Program-made: the position numbers and the translations under genes
Assembly (NCBI GenBank): GCA_950097015.1
Contig: CATNEN010000025.1
Span: forward strand, 496,001-560,000
Direction: 5' to 3'
DNA from: Macrostomum hystrix
Taxonomy: Eukaryota; Animalia; Platyhelminthes
DNA: 64,000 nucleotides
The notes under the pieces: generated by a model
Database searches by the model: none
What the model saw: the letters and a program-made list of their open reading frames with translations, nothing else
What the model was told of the DNA's origin: nothing
Shown here: positions 26,469-39,103 of the stretch, piece by piece
Numbering within the stretch: the first letter of the stretch is position 1
Layout: each line of letters begins with the position of its first letter

Positions 26469-27214
26469 ACATGCAGCGGAGTGCCGTCCAGCCAGTACAG
26501 GCTGCCAGGACCTCGCGTTGTGTTGGCGGTGAGGCCAATCCAAACAGGGTGTCGGAATCGGATGCGCTCCGCCAGCTCCTTGACGCTCCGAATTCCAGCT
26601 GAGGACAGCAGTGACAGCGTCAGCAAATTCGACCGCATGCTGTTGCACATACCCTGGCAGATTCTGTAAGTGGATTTCTCTGTTAATATGTTGCTTGAGC
26701 TCGGACTGATGCAGATGCTGGCAATGCTATACCAGCCTGGGGGGCATCCAACGAATCTAGTGAATCTGGTCCATTTGCCGATCGTTGGGCTGTGTACAGA
26801 CTTTGTGAAATAGTTCACTGTTACAGAGCTGGTCCGAGTAACCGTGTTAAACTGTTCATATTTCAATGCGCTTTGCAGTAGAGTGCGATTGCCGTCGATA
26901 ATTGTCAGGGATTCTTCGATTGAATTGAAAAAGCTTCCCAATTGAATCATGTACATCGAGCCAGCCGTGTTGTTGGGATCACTAATAGTGAATTTGCAGT
27001 CCATGTCGGACTGTATGTATTTAGTGCCTTCGTACATGAGATTCAAATTGAATATTTCATCATGTATGACCACAGGTTTACCGGAGCGGTCACAGTAATA
27101 GTCTTTCGTTTCGCCAGAATTTTCTAAGCCAGAAATGCACGCGGCAAAGCTAGCTATCAATAGGACGTGTGCAGGACTATACTGCATCATCTTCTTTACA
27201 GTGATTGAAGACAT
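26469..27214 (-). CDS. CUB-like/C-type lectin membrane protein, exon 1 (signal peptide, CUB-like region, CTL N-half)
   Basis: Hydrophobic leader; C...DCKFTI CUB-like region; CPPGW, WIGL and YWLDGT lectin motifs; donor GT|GTGAGC at 26468. Confidence 0.82.
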
Positions 27215-27613
27215 TTTCCCTTGGGCAACTCTGAAAAAAAGTTGTTATAAGAAATTTCGGTTAATAAAGTTGCTTGTTTAGCAATTATTAATAATTACCT
27301 GCTACTGGACTATAGCATAAGAAAAATAAATTCCTTTTCTGCTATTTACAGATCTACACAATGTGCAATAACGCATCATTTCAACAAAACTTATTCATTT
27401 GGAACAACAGCTAACTAATTGACGCAGAGATGTCTGGGCAGTCTGAATGGACCAGTTTCATTGGAAGAGCGCTGCGATATACAGCCCGCGAGGTGCGAGT
27501 GCTGACGTCCATGCTAAATGTTATTTATTTGTTTCTTTATGTAATAATATGATTTTTATGGTGATAGATGTAGTACAATGAGCCGATATATAGAAAGTCG
27601 TGGCCATAGACAT

Positions 27614-28049
27614 TCAATGCGTGCAATAATCGTCCTTAGTCCATATGAAGTCACCAAGACACTCCTTCTCTGTAATGATGTTGAATGCCCGATTTCTTAA
27701 AAAAGCGAGAGACCTGCTCGAATGCATAGCAAGCTCGCTGGCGAGTATAAACCTCCCTTGACCTTCTTCAAAGTCCCATAGAAAAGGCGTAGCACATACG
27801 CCGGCGCAGAGCGTGTTGTCAGCTTTAATGGATCCCCTTTCAGACGCTCTAATGAGCTCCTCTGGTAATAATACAGGAACTGGCAATGCAACATTCCTTA
27901 TCCAACTCGTCAACCAACTGATCAAAATACTCGAGAGAAAGTGCTTCAGCAGCTTTCTCAAAGTCGAAATCATCCATGTACTTCTCGATCTCGGCGCCAG
28001 TAAGTCCGTTTATCATTCCGCCAGGTAACGAAGAGAAGACCTTTCTCAT
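27614..28049 (-). pseudogene. Frameshifted coding-like segment (two overlapping frames), family unknown
   Basis: ORF 27849-28049 hands over to the frame of ORF 27614-27973; both halves look protein-like. Confidence 0.35.
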
Positions 28050-31000
28050 TTCCTTAGCTCACTACATGTATCTATATAGCACTGTTTTGTAGGACACAGT
28101 CGATGGTAGTCTGGTAAAAATAAAAAAGCTAGTCATAAGACCTTTAGTTCATACCAAAGACATAATTGTGAAAAAAAAATACTAGTCATGTGGGGTCTCC
28201 GCCTCCACACCCCCGGAACGCGGCACTGAACACTACAATAGACAAAACGATATTAAATCAAAAAGAACTTAAGGACGGCATTGATTCACGGACAGAAAAA
28301 CAATGTAACTAAACCACGGCTGGGAGTGTAGCAACGCTCTTAAGTTAAGAGCTCTCGTGTTTAGAGGGTTGCTACATTCATATGTAGTATTTAGAAAATT
28401 AAGACTCCTACTGTAAAATATATAACAATCACTTAGTCACATATATTACTCACCTGGTTGCAACAGAGCTTATTAGAAAGTTAACTACAGAGCAAATTCG
28501 AACTTGAACAAGTTTTTGATTACGGATAAGAACCACAGATTTGTTAGTAAGTCAATGTACTATAAGCAAAAGCAATGTGATTTATGAAACTGAAGTTTTC
28601 GAGAGAATATAGAGATGATAAACTTACTTGGTACCTTATTACACGAGGCTGTCTGTGTCGGCTCTACCTTATATATTCTCACTGCCTTCCTAATAAAGTG
28701 TACCTATAGTTTCGGCTTCGGACCATTAAAATATGCAGACACAATACACAATACAGGCCTCTCTTGTGTCCGCTTGTACATATCACTCAACACGTCATAG
28801 GTGTACAAGCCTAACTATTATCAGAGAAGACTTGTACCTTTACCAAGCAGACAAAAAAATACATAATGGAACAACACTTTGGAATGCACGCTGCGCAAAA
28901 GCTCAATATTGTTGTCGTTTTCGTTTTGTGTGAATCGACTGTCGCCGGATGATGCCGACCGCCACTGTACTGCAAATGAGGGCTCCAATGAGCATATTAG
29001 GCAGGTTTTTGCTTCTTTAAGGCCTAACTGACAATGCTTGCCTTTCTTGTCAATTCAGGCTGTGTAGTTGGGTTAAAGTTTTCCCCCGAATGACGAGTTT
29101 CGCTTGCAGAACCTTTGAGAACTTGGAAACAGTTAGACAGAAGGAAAATATATATTCAACTTAAAATAAGTAAAATTCGGGACAAACTATATACTTTATC
29201 CAATTTGAAGTTAACGAAAGCGATTCAATGCAATTTTGTCGCCAAAAGAATCGCCTACGCGTTCCACATTGCCATGCATTAGAATATATATCTTGTTGAT
29301 TGAAAAAATCACCAGAACTAAAGAAAGTAGGCAAACAAACTATTTATGAAATAGGATCAGGAGAATAACCTTGCCAGTGTATCAGGAAAATCTGACAATT
29401 TTTGCCATTCTTGCAAGTAATGCCTCTAGATTACACACTAAAACCATCACAACTTTGTCAATTCATCCATGCTTAGCATCTATGTAGCCTAAGAATCCTT
29501 ACCATGAAGTTTATAAGTAAAATTAGATTTTTGCTGCTAATTAATCATGCTAATTCTGAAGCACCTAGTTACCCATCCCAAAATCTTACCTTAAATTTAA
29601 ATTACATAAATTGAATGAATTGCTCATTATCTAAGCACTGAATATTCGAAATTTTGATTAACTAATAATAGACAATTAGTAAGGAAGTTTCAGTTAAAAA
29701 CAAACGTGTAACTGGTGAGAATTTTTTTAAGGATGCACCATTCTGTACCAAGCACTCAGTGAAGCAATCAGTAGGTAAACACAAAATTACCGATAAACGC
29801 TTTAACAATATTATGAGAAGCAATTAAAAAAGCAAAACAAGAATCAGTTTGGACCAGATTGAGGGTCAGGTATGACGATCGAGGGGTCGGCAGCAGCAGC
29901 AAATATCAGAACGAAAAGTTGCGTAAGGTAGACTGTAAGCCGGAAAAAAACCTTTTAGGGAAGAAAAATCACGCAAACAAGAGTTACAAGTATTGGCAGA
30001 AAGTTAAATAAAACTAGCATTGCAGTGTGCTCCGGTTTAACTAATTAATCTAATTCAGACTTCTCACTTTTAAAAGTGTAATCTGCTACAACTTTATTGC
30101 AATCGAGTGCAGAAGACCAGAAAATGATTAATAAAATCTATATCAAACTAATTAATGACAAATCAGTGAATAAATAGATTGATAAAAATTAACATTTAGA
30201 GTGAAAATCTTAGAAGTCAGGAGCAGCAGCAGCAGCCAGGTAAGCATTAAGGTTAGTGGCACATATATAGGCTAAGATAAGACCTGATCAGATTCAACTT
30301 AGATACTAGACTGACGAAATTCGCAACTCAATATCTATAATGATTTTAGGAGGATTAGCAAATTATATTCGGTGGATCATTTAATCACAGAAACTTTTTG
30401 AGTTAATCTTAGGTTATATCTGGTTAACCTAACCAGAGTTGGGAAAGCCAGTCAAATAACACAGATGGGAGGAAAAAAAACTCCAACATACACCTTAACA
30501 ACTGTAGCAGAACAGAAGCCCAAGTTGCAGAAAAATGAAAGCAAATTAGGGAATGGAAGAGCACATGTTAAGGACCTGGAAATAAAGATTGCATCAGAAA
30601 ATTTCTCTACTTAACATAATCACAATCAAAGTAAATCAATAAATTATAGGCTATAGATCTTAAATTTTATTTAAATAGCTATTATATTAGCAGTGAAAGT
30701 AAAACAAAAGTTTTGCAAGTAAAGTAAGCCAAGAAAAGTCAGTTAATTTGAAATTGCTAATTATCTCTTCAAAAAGACAATAATCGAATTCTTAAAACTC
30801 TTAGAGTCCGGTAAATGTTCTGTGCCAATTCATACAGACACTTAAAATAAATAAACAAAATCAAGAAAAAAAGTAATAGGGGTCAGACCTTACCGCCACC
30901 AAGTAATGCAAAAATATAAAAGTAGATATATAAGAACTGCCACTTGAACGTTACAATGGAGAATTTAGGTAGGGAGTGACTGATAGGGATATCAGAAAGT

Positions 31001-31069
31001 CTATATTTGTCTTTCATCAGTTTTGAGTTCTCTTTGATTGCCTATGCCGTCACAATGAGATCAGGCCAA

Positions 31070-32371
31070 TCAATTCTCGCGTCTAGGACGACGTTTCTTC
31101 GAGCTGGGCGCGTCAACCCACGCAGCGGCTGAGTCGGACCCCGGGACTGCGGCCGTCGCGGCAGCTGGCGGAGCGTCGACCGCACCAATCAGGGCGACTG
31201 CAGCAGTCGGCTTCTCCTCCTGCTTCTTGGTCTTCTTTAATTTCTTCTTGGCCGAGCCGGAGGTCTGGCTAGTAGCGCCTACATCGACAACAATGTCGTC
31301 GTTTTCGTCGGCTACCTCGGCTAGGGAGGCCGCAGCCGCCGCAGGCGGTTCCGAATGCTGAGACACGGGCGGCGATAGAGAGGCCGAACTGGCACTAGAC
31401 GGCGGCGAGAAGTCGGCGAGTACAAACCCGTCTACTTCAATCTGCTGCTTGCGCTGCTTTCGACTCTTCTTTGGCGTCGACTGAGCCGCTGTGGTAGTCG
31501 GTGGCGACGTGGACACCTCGATGAAACTAGTGCCCATACCGGAGTCGTTGGCACTAATGTCAGCCGAATCTTGCTTGGCAGAAGACGTGGTCTTTGCTGC
31601 CTCTTGTGACTTCGGCTCGGCTTTTGGTGACTCTTTCTTATGCTTAGTCTCCTTTGGCTCTTCCTTATTCTTTAACTCTTTCTTCTTTGGCTCCTCATTC
31701 TTTGCCTCCTCCTCCTTCTTTGCCTCCTCTTTCTTCTTTGGCTCCTCCTTCTTTGACTCCTCTTTCTTCTTTGGCTCTTTCTTCTTTGGCTCCTCTTTCT
31801 TTGGCTCCTCTTTCTTTGGCTCCTCCTTCTTTGACTCCTCTTTCTTCTTTGGCTCCTCCTTCTTTGGCTCCTCTTTCTTTGGCTCCTTCTTTGGCTCTTT
31901 CTTCTTTGGCTCCTCCTTCTTTGACTCCTCTTTCTTCTTTGGCTCCTCCTTCTTTGTCTCCTCTTTCTTTGGCTCCTCCTTCTTTGGCTCTTTCTTTTTT
32001 GGCTCCTCCTTCTTTGGCTCGTCTTTCCTTGACTCCTCCTTCTTTGGCTCCTCCTTTTTCAGTTCTTTTTTCTTAAGCTCTTCAAGCTGTTTCTGGTCTT
32101 CTTTCTTCTTAGGGTCTCCCTTGTTCTCTTCAGCAGTCTTGTTCTTTGCATCGGCCTCCTTCTTGGCCTTCTTAGATTCCTCCTGTTTTACGGCCTTCTT
32201 CTTGCCACCGGTCGTCACTTCGAACCAGTCGCCAACTCCATCAGCCGAACCGCTAGCGCCGGCAGTTGCTGGTGGAGCGCGATGAGCGACCGCAGCGCTG
32301 ACCTTCACACTCACAGGCTCTGAGGCAGTCTGCAAAATCAATGGTTGCTCAATTGAACTCAACTGAGTCAT
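31070..32371 (-). CDS. Lys/Glu-rich last exon of a metadherin/LYRIC-like single-TM protein (exon 5' boundary uncertain)
   Basis: 433-aa ORF with synonymously varied KKEEP repeats; C-terminus KKRRPRREN resembles my recollection of the metadherin end (KKKARRET). Confidence 0.75.
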   Translation of the reverse strand: MTQLSSIEQPLILQTASEPVSVKVSAAVAHRAPPATAGASGSADGVGDWFEVTTGGKKKAVKQEESKKAKKEADAKNKTAEENKGDPKKKEDQKQLEELKKKELKKEEPKKEESRKDEPKKEEPKKKEPKKEEPKKEETKKEEPKKKEESKKEEPKKKEPKKEPKKEEPKKEEPKKKEESKKEEPKKEEPKKEEPKKKEPKKKEESKKEEPKKKEEAKKEEEAKNEEPKKKELKNKEEPKETKHKKESPKAEPKSQEAAKTTSSAKQDSADISANDSGMGTSFIEVSTSPPTTTAAQSTPKKSRKQRKQQIEVDGFVLADFSPPSSASSASLSPPVSQHSEPPAAAAASLAEVADENDDIVVDVGATSQTSGSAKKKLKKTKKQEEKPTAAVALIGAVDAPPAAATAAVPGSDSAAAWVDAPSSKKRRPRREN

Positions 32372-32459
32372 TAAATTCTTTAAAAAAGATTTTATGGACT
32401 TTAATTTTAATCAAATGGCTATTTAAATCATATAGCAAATGTATACACACCACAGCAGC

Positions 32460-32531
32460 TGATACTGGGGCTGCATTGCCCTGCTGCTGACCCTTGACTT
32501 TAGCAGGTCCAGCTGAACCAGGCTGCTTTGT
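32460..32531 (-). CDS. Probable small internal exon of the metadherin-like gene (donor uncertain)
   Basis: Acceptor TTTTCCAATTGTAG at 32532; phase-0 reading TKQPGSAGPAKVKG. Confidence 0.5.
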
Positions 32532-33767
32532 CTACAATTGGAAAACAATGAGTTTAATTTAGAAGTGGTTTTATTACTAATACAATTCTTATTGGTCTAG
32601 TAAATATGCTACATAGCATTAATAAAAAGCAGCTAGTAATAGTCATAGTAATAGCAACTCTGCATTATCTAATAAAAATAAGGATGAATTTGAGAATTTG
32701 AAGTTTCTGAACTTTTAGAATAGAATAGAATTAGAATAGAATAGAATAGAATAGAAAAGAATTAGAATACTTAAATTTTAATTGCTAATATTGCTACCAT
32801 AGTTTTAATTCCAGGCCATGATAATTAAAACCACATTATTATTGACCAAATTAAACTCTGGTCTGAAACGTAAGCACTAAGCATTTATTATTATTAGTAA
32901 ATTCCTAAATTTTGCGCTTAATTGCCTAAAACAAGCCTCTTAGAATAAAAAAATCATGCTAAGTTTTAAAAAAATGGTTAATCTATAGTCTAGACTATAT
33001 TGATAAATATGATTTATGCCTATTTCATATCTGGTTAACAATGAGAGTAGCTAGCTAAATACTCTGTATTTAAACCAAAAAATCCATAAAATAGCAAAAC
33101 TAGACTAGCAATTCAAAATACTATATTTAGACTTAGGTAAACCTCTAGCTTAGTACATTTAATTGTTTTACAAAAGGTTATAGCATTCTTAGCTATTGTG
33201 AGTAAACACTTGAACTACTACAAGTTTGATGACATGACAAATGACATGGCAGTGCAGTGAAATGTCTATGGCCAAAACCAAGGAAAGAGAAAGTAGAAGA
33301 AGGGACAGGAAAGGCTAGGAAAGAAATATTATTTCATTTGTGCATTGTTAGGCTTAGGTATAGCTTGATAACTAGTGTTCTTTTGGCAATTTTTTTCTGG
33401 GTGACATACTATTAAGCCATTTGAGCCCACTTCTATGATATCTGAGTGGCTTACTGGTTGTTAGACATTTATATTTTTACTATAAAGAATATATTAAATC
33501 TGTCATTATAATATCAATTCGAATTAAATGGGTGTAACTAGAAGATTGCCTAGACTTCTTCTAGTATCCTACTAGTCCTAGCTATGTAAGTACCAGGCTA
33601 GATAGCTGAGTGACTTCGCTTGTGTTTACAATTCTGTTATGAAATAGGTTACAAAACATTAGATTGCCATTGTAATAATGGTAGCCAGCCAGCCAGGTGA
33701 TCACAAAGGTAAAGATCTATTCTAATATGTATATGTGCATCATGTTTTAATATCAACGTCTCTGTAC

Positions 33768-34007
33768 CTTTGCTTCCTTTTGCTCCGACTGATTCACAGA
33801 AGACTTGGAACTTGTCTGCTGCTTTTTTTTCTTGATGAATGGGACAGCTTCGCCATCATCAAAAACATATTGGGGTTGGGGCTGCTTTGGCTTTCGAAAA
33901 AGAAAGAATATTACTCCAGTAAGGATCGCAATTGCCACAGATGGTAGACATAGCGAGCAAAGTACTTTATTTTCAAAGATACAACCAACGAGCGGCAAGT
34001 GTGTCAT
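33768..34007 (-). CDS. First coding exon of the metadherin-like gene (N-terminal TM plus basic region)
   Basis: VAIAILTGVIFFLF then RKPKQPQP...KKKKQQ; donor AAG|GTACAG at 33767. Confidence 0.65.
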
Positions 34008-35593
34008 TTTTTATGCTGACTTGACTAAAAGTTACGCTTAAATATTGCAACTGCAGTAATGGCAATAGATCTTGATGAGTGAACCAGGCCTACACGGTTA
34101 TTATGCGCCCAAAACGAACTCAAAATGGAAACAAAATATAAATATTAAAGCATTATTTTACTGAAATAAAAAACTATCAAACAGAACGATAACTTAACAG
34201 TTGTGCTATAAGTATTTATTTTAAGAGATTTGCTGATCTTGCAAGGTTTTTGAAATGACATTCGTAGAACAGGACGTATTGAAACAAAAATTGTATTGAA
34301 AAGTGATAAAAGAGTATTGTTATGATTCCCTTTCCGTAACACATCAAAACATGAAGTATGTCTAGCTATGCGGTTGACAATATTTTTGTGTATAAAATAA
34401 TAATACTTTGTGTTATGTAACCCGGTCAATTCGTTAATTAACATTGTTCGTGATTTAACGTTCCTAGTTATATGGTTAATTCGTGTGGAAATTAAATTGT
34501 GAAAAAATTTTAGCATTTTTTAAAGTGAAACTTTACAGAGTCACGTAAAAGATTCAATGTAAATTAATTCAAGGACTACTCAAGTAACGTATATATTTAA
34601 GTAGTCCTTGAATTAATTTTGGCCAGGGTTCTGCCTAATTTAACTAAATATCTATAAGATTTAGGCTCTGGACCATTATAACTCCGTTCAAACAAAAACT
34701 AAAGTCCTTGGCAGTCAATAACGCGAATAAATGACCTACACGATTCCTTCTGAAATTTATAGATTTTTGTATCATAATATGGCTTGCGTCAGCATCTAGT
34801 TACTATTGACTCACTTTTCGGCTTTGGACGATTTTGGGTCTGGATCCACTTTTGTAGTTACCCAGTAAGGAATCGGCATTCGTTGCTTACACCACACGGC
34901 ACGGTGAAGATAATATTCTCGTTTTTTGTACGTAACTGTGTGTCTGATTATGATTCTTGTACTTCTGTAAGTAAGTATAATAGATAAGTATTATAGTATT
35001 ATCTAGGTTGCTTAAAGTTTATTTCTAATAATCGTCAAGTCAACAAATAGTAGCTATATAGCTCAGCCTCAAATTATAAGATAGAAGTGTCAGAGATCTA
35101 GTGATCTAGTGTCTTACAAAGTTATGCAGACAGCACCGTGAAAATAATGCGAAACTTATTTACACGGGTTGTGTACATTTTTTATAAGGCGAAAGTTAAT
35201 TATTTAATTATGAATTATGAAGAAATTTGAAACTAGCTCTTTGTTTTATAGCTGTCAATGCGCCCACGTACGGGTGTGCAGTGCAAATAATAGTATATTT
35301 CTATCGTAAAATTTTTCTAGATTTCTTTATTATTTTTCACTAAGATGCATGCACATTTACACTGTACTATACCATACTACTCGTATTTTCTTTTAACTGC
35401 ATACGCTGTTTAAAAGTACACTAGAAAATAACTGTATAAACTCGGATTTTCAAAAAGATCATCGGTTTTAACGTACTTTATTATAAAATGTTGTTAATTC
35501 TTGAGAACTTAGCATTTAATTATATATCGGAAACAAAAAGCACAGAAACTAGCACAAGAAAAATACAACTACAAAAACTTCTAGAACCAGTTT

Positions 35594-36400
35594 CTACAGA
35601 GTTAATTCAAATTCAATCAAAGTATTTTCATTATGACTGCTCATTGTGCGCAACAAAGGTCTCCTGCCTGGACACCGTCCAGCTGCGCCGATTCCCTGCT
35701 GCATAAGTATGAGTTGCTGTCGCTGCCTGTGTCTGTGCTGCAGTCGCCTACGTCGCAATCGTTGTCGCCGGAGCTTCGCCAGATTGTACTGTCCATCGTA
35801 AGCACTCGCTCGAGAGTACTTATAGTAGCACGTCCAGCTTAAAGCCGAGTGACCCAACAGAAGCAGCGCAGAGGCGGCGCCAACGCCGAGAGCCGCCTGT
35901 CCGGTGGCGCCTCCACATTCGGTCAACAGGCGCTCAGCCAGCTGTCGATCTCCTGCCAGCAGGACGCCAGCGTTGGCAGCCACCAGAGCGCAGAATGTAG
36001 CCAGCACCGCAGCCACAGCATGTCCGAGGCGAGCCCGCCTGTTAGCTACCGTGGCGATCAAGCCTGCCAAGCCAGCAGACAAAGGCAGGCAGGCGACAGA
36101 GATCGTCAGTGCGAGCCCGGCGGCAGACATCAGAGGCTGCAGGCAGTAGGAATTACCGGCCAAATGTTGCTGCAGGCGGGGCAGCAGGGCGATTAGCAGG
36201 CCTACCGTCGCGAGGCAAGCATTCCCGAAGAGACAGACCCCGCGCACGAGGCAGCCTCGCTTGCTTCCATCATCACCGTCGACTCCGGCAGCGATGCCAC
36301 CGTCTCCGCTAATGTCCTCGTCAAGGTAGCAAATGCTACTGGCACCGTCATCGGCGAAGTCGTCTAGGTAACCGCTGTCTCGATGCAGTGACGGTCGCAT
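35594..36400 (-). CDS. Four-TM membrane protein, family not recognised
   Basis: GC-rich ORF from ATG at 36400 (MRPSLHRD); four hydrophobic segments and an Arg-rich tail. Confidence 0.7.
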   Translation of the reverse strand: MRPSLHRDSGYLDDFADDGASSICYLDEDISGDGGIAAGVDGDDGSKRGCLVRGVCLFGNACLATVGLLIALLPRLQQHLAGNSYCLQPLMSAAGLALTISVACLPLSAGLAGLIATVANRRARLGHAVAAVLATFCALVAANAGVLLAGDRQLAERLLTECGGATGQAALGVGAASALLLLGHSALSWTCYYKYSRASAYDGQYNLAKLRRQRLRRRRLQHRHRQRQQLILMQQGIGAAGRCPGRRPLLRTMSSHNENTLIEFELTL

Positions 36401-37057
36401 GTTCTTTATGGAGCCCCAGTAGCAACTCTTGTTATAATCGTTTGCCGTCGGCTCCAAGGCGAACTACTTACGAACGTGACTCCCGTGAGCAATTATCACG
36501 ACTGAAAATTGATTATCTGCGATTGTCCACTGGAATAGAGAAAGTGAATTATTACATACATGCAGCAGTGCCATCAGCCAGACCTGTTTTACAGACAGCG
36601 CACAATTATCTATGCGTAAACATCCGTTCATGTACAGTCGGCAAGGCTGCACTGTTGCGAACCATTCTCACTTATAACTCTCTCCAATTATTTGTCTTTC
36701 AAGACTATAGCATGCAGCTTATATTTTCCTGTCAGCTTGATTAACCATACAAATAAATAGTAGCCAAATTTGGCAGCAAGTTATCTGGGTGCAAAATGAT
36801 TATCTCAGTTGTGCAATAAAACTATATCAGATTTATAGTGGACATTGTGTTTATGGATATGGGCTGTGGTATGGGCTGACAGTCTGGCTTACGGTGCTTC
36901 AATGTATCAAGGGAAATGTTTTGGCTTAAAAATGTTTGTTGCGGTAAATCTGAGTGTCACTGCGGCACTGTGGGCAGCCAGGGTTGAGCAGCAATGGCAA
37001 TTCTGGTATTCGGTTGGCATGAGTTGGTATTTCGGAGCATAATTTCGGAGCAATTAT

Positions 37058-39103
37058 GACAAAGCGGGTGATTGTGGCAAAGCGTGTGATTGTGGCAAAG
37101 CGGGTGACTTTGGCAAAGCGGGTGATTGTGGCAAAGCGTGTGATTGTGGAAAAGCGGGTGATTGTGGCAAAGCGTGTGACTTTGGCAAAGCGGGTGATTG
37201 TGGCAAAGCGGGTGATTGTGGCAAAGCGGGTGATTGTGCCAAAGCGTGTGAATTTGGCAAAGCGTGTGACTTTGGCAAAGCGGGTGATTGTGGCAAAGCG
37301 TGTGATTGTGGAAAAGCGGGTGATTGTGGAAAAGCGGGTGATTGTGGAAAAGCGGGTGATTGTGGAAAAGCGGGTGATTGTGGCAAAGCGGGTGATTGTG
37401 GCAAAGCGTGTGAATTTGGCAAAGCAGGTGATTGTGGCAAAGCGTGTGACTTTGGCAAAGCGGGTGATTGTGGCAAAGCGTGTGACTTTGGCAAAGCGGG
37501 TGATTGTGGCAAAGCGTGTGATTGTGGAAAAGCGGGTGATTGTGGAAAAGCGGGTGATTGTGGAAAAGCGGGTGATTGTGGAAAAGCGGGTGATTGTGGC
37601 AAAGCGGGTGATTGTGGCAAAGCGTGTGAATTTGGCAAAGCAGGTGATTGTGGCAAAGCGTGTGAATTTGGCAAAGCAGGTGATTGTGGCAAAGCGTGTG
37701 ACTTTGGCAAAGCGGGTGATTGTGGCAAAGCGTGTGATTGTGGAAAAGCGGGTGATTGTGGAAAAGCGGGTGATTGTGGAAAAGCGGGTGATTGTGGAAA
37801 AGCGGGTGATTGTGGCAAAGCGGGTGATTGTGGCAAAGCGTGTGAATTTGGCAAAGCAGGTGATTGTGGCAAAGCGTGTGACTTTGGCAAAGCGGGTGAT
37901 TGTGGCAAAGCGTGTGACTTTGGCAAAGCGGGTGATTGTGGCAAAGCGTGTGATTGTGGAAAAGCGGGTGATTGTGGAAAAGCGGGTGATTGTGGAAAAG
38001 CGGGTGATTGTGGAAAAGCGGGTGATTGTGGCAAAGCGGGTGATTGTGGCAAAGCGTGTGAATTTGGCAAAGCAGGTGATTGTGGCAAAGCGTGTGAATT
38101 TGGCAAAGCAGGTGATTGTGGCAAAGCGTGTGACTTTGGCAAAGCGGGTGATTGTGGCAAAGCGGGTGATTGTGGCAAAGCGGGTGATTGTGGCAAAGCG
38201 GGTGATTGTGGCAAAGCGGGTGATTGTGGCAAAGCGGGTTATTGTGGCAAAGCGGGTGATTGTGGCAAAGCGGGTGATTGTGGCAAAGCGGGTGATTGTG
38301 GCAAAGCGGGTGATTGTGGCAAAGCGGGTTATTGTGGCAAAGCGGGTGATTGTGGCAAAGCGGGTGATTGTGGCAAAGCGGGTGATTGTGGCAAAGCGGG
38401 TGATTGTGGCAAAGCGGGTGATTGTGGCAAAGCGGGTGATTGTGGCAAAGCGGGTGATTGTGGCAAAGCGGGTGATTGTGGCAAAGCGGGTTATTGTGGC
38501 AAAACGGGTGATTGTGGCAAAGCGTGTGACTTTGGCAAAGCGGGTGATTGTGGCAAAGCGTGTGATTGTGGAAAAGCGGGTGATTGTGGAAAAGCGGGTG
38601 ATTGTGGAAAAGCGGGTGATTGTGGAAAAGCGGGTGATTGTGGCAAAGCGGGTGATTGTGGCAAAGCGTGTGAATTTGGCAAAGCAGGTGATTGTGGCAA
38701 AGCGTGTGAATTTGGCAAAGCAGGTGATTGTGGCAAAGCGTGTGACTTTGGCAAAGCGGGTGATTGTGGCAAAGCGGGTGATTGTGGCAAAGCGGGTGAT
38801 TGTGGCAAAGCGGGTGATTGTGGCAAAGCGGGTGATTGTGGCAAAGCGGGTTATTGTGGCAAAGCGGGTGATTGTGGCAAAGCGGGTGATTGTGGCAAAG
38901 CGGGTGATTGTGGCAAAGCGGGTGATTGTGGCAAAGCGGGTTATTGTGGCAAAGCGGGTGATTGTGGCAAAGCGGGTGATTGTGGCAAAGCGGGTGATTG
39001 TGGCAAAGCGGGTGATTGTGGCAAAGCGGGTGATTGTGGCAAAGCGGGTGATTGTGGCAAAGCGGGTGATTGTGGCAAAGCGGGTTATTGTGGCAAAACG
39101 GGT
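37058..39103. repeat. 18-bp minisatellite (GGCAAAGCGGGTGATTGT) with a 216-bp higher-order repeat
   Basis: About 113 units; GAAAAG variant blocks start at 37311, 37527, 37743, 37959 and 38571. Confidence 0.97.

Noticed and set aside
34145-34516. 123-aa minus ORF
   Set aside because: AT-rich and unlike the GC-rich exons of this genome; likely a chance ORF.
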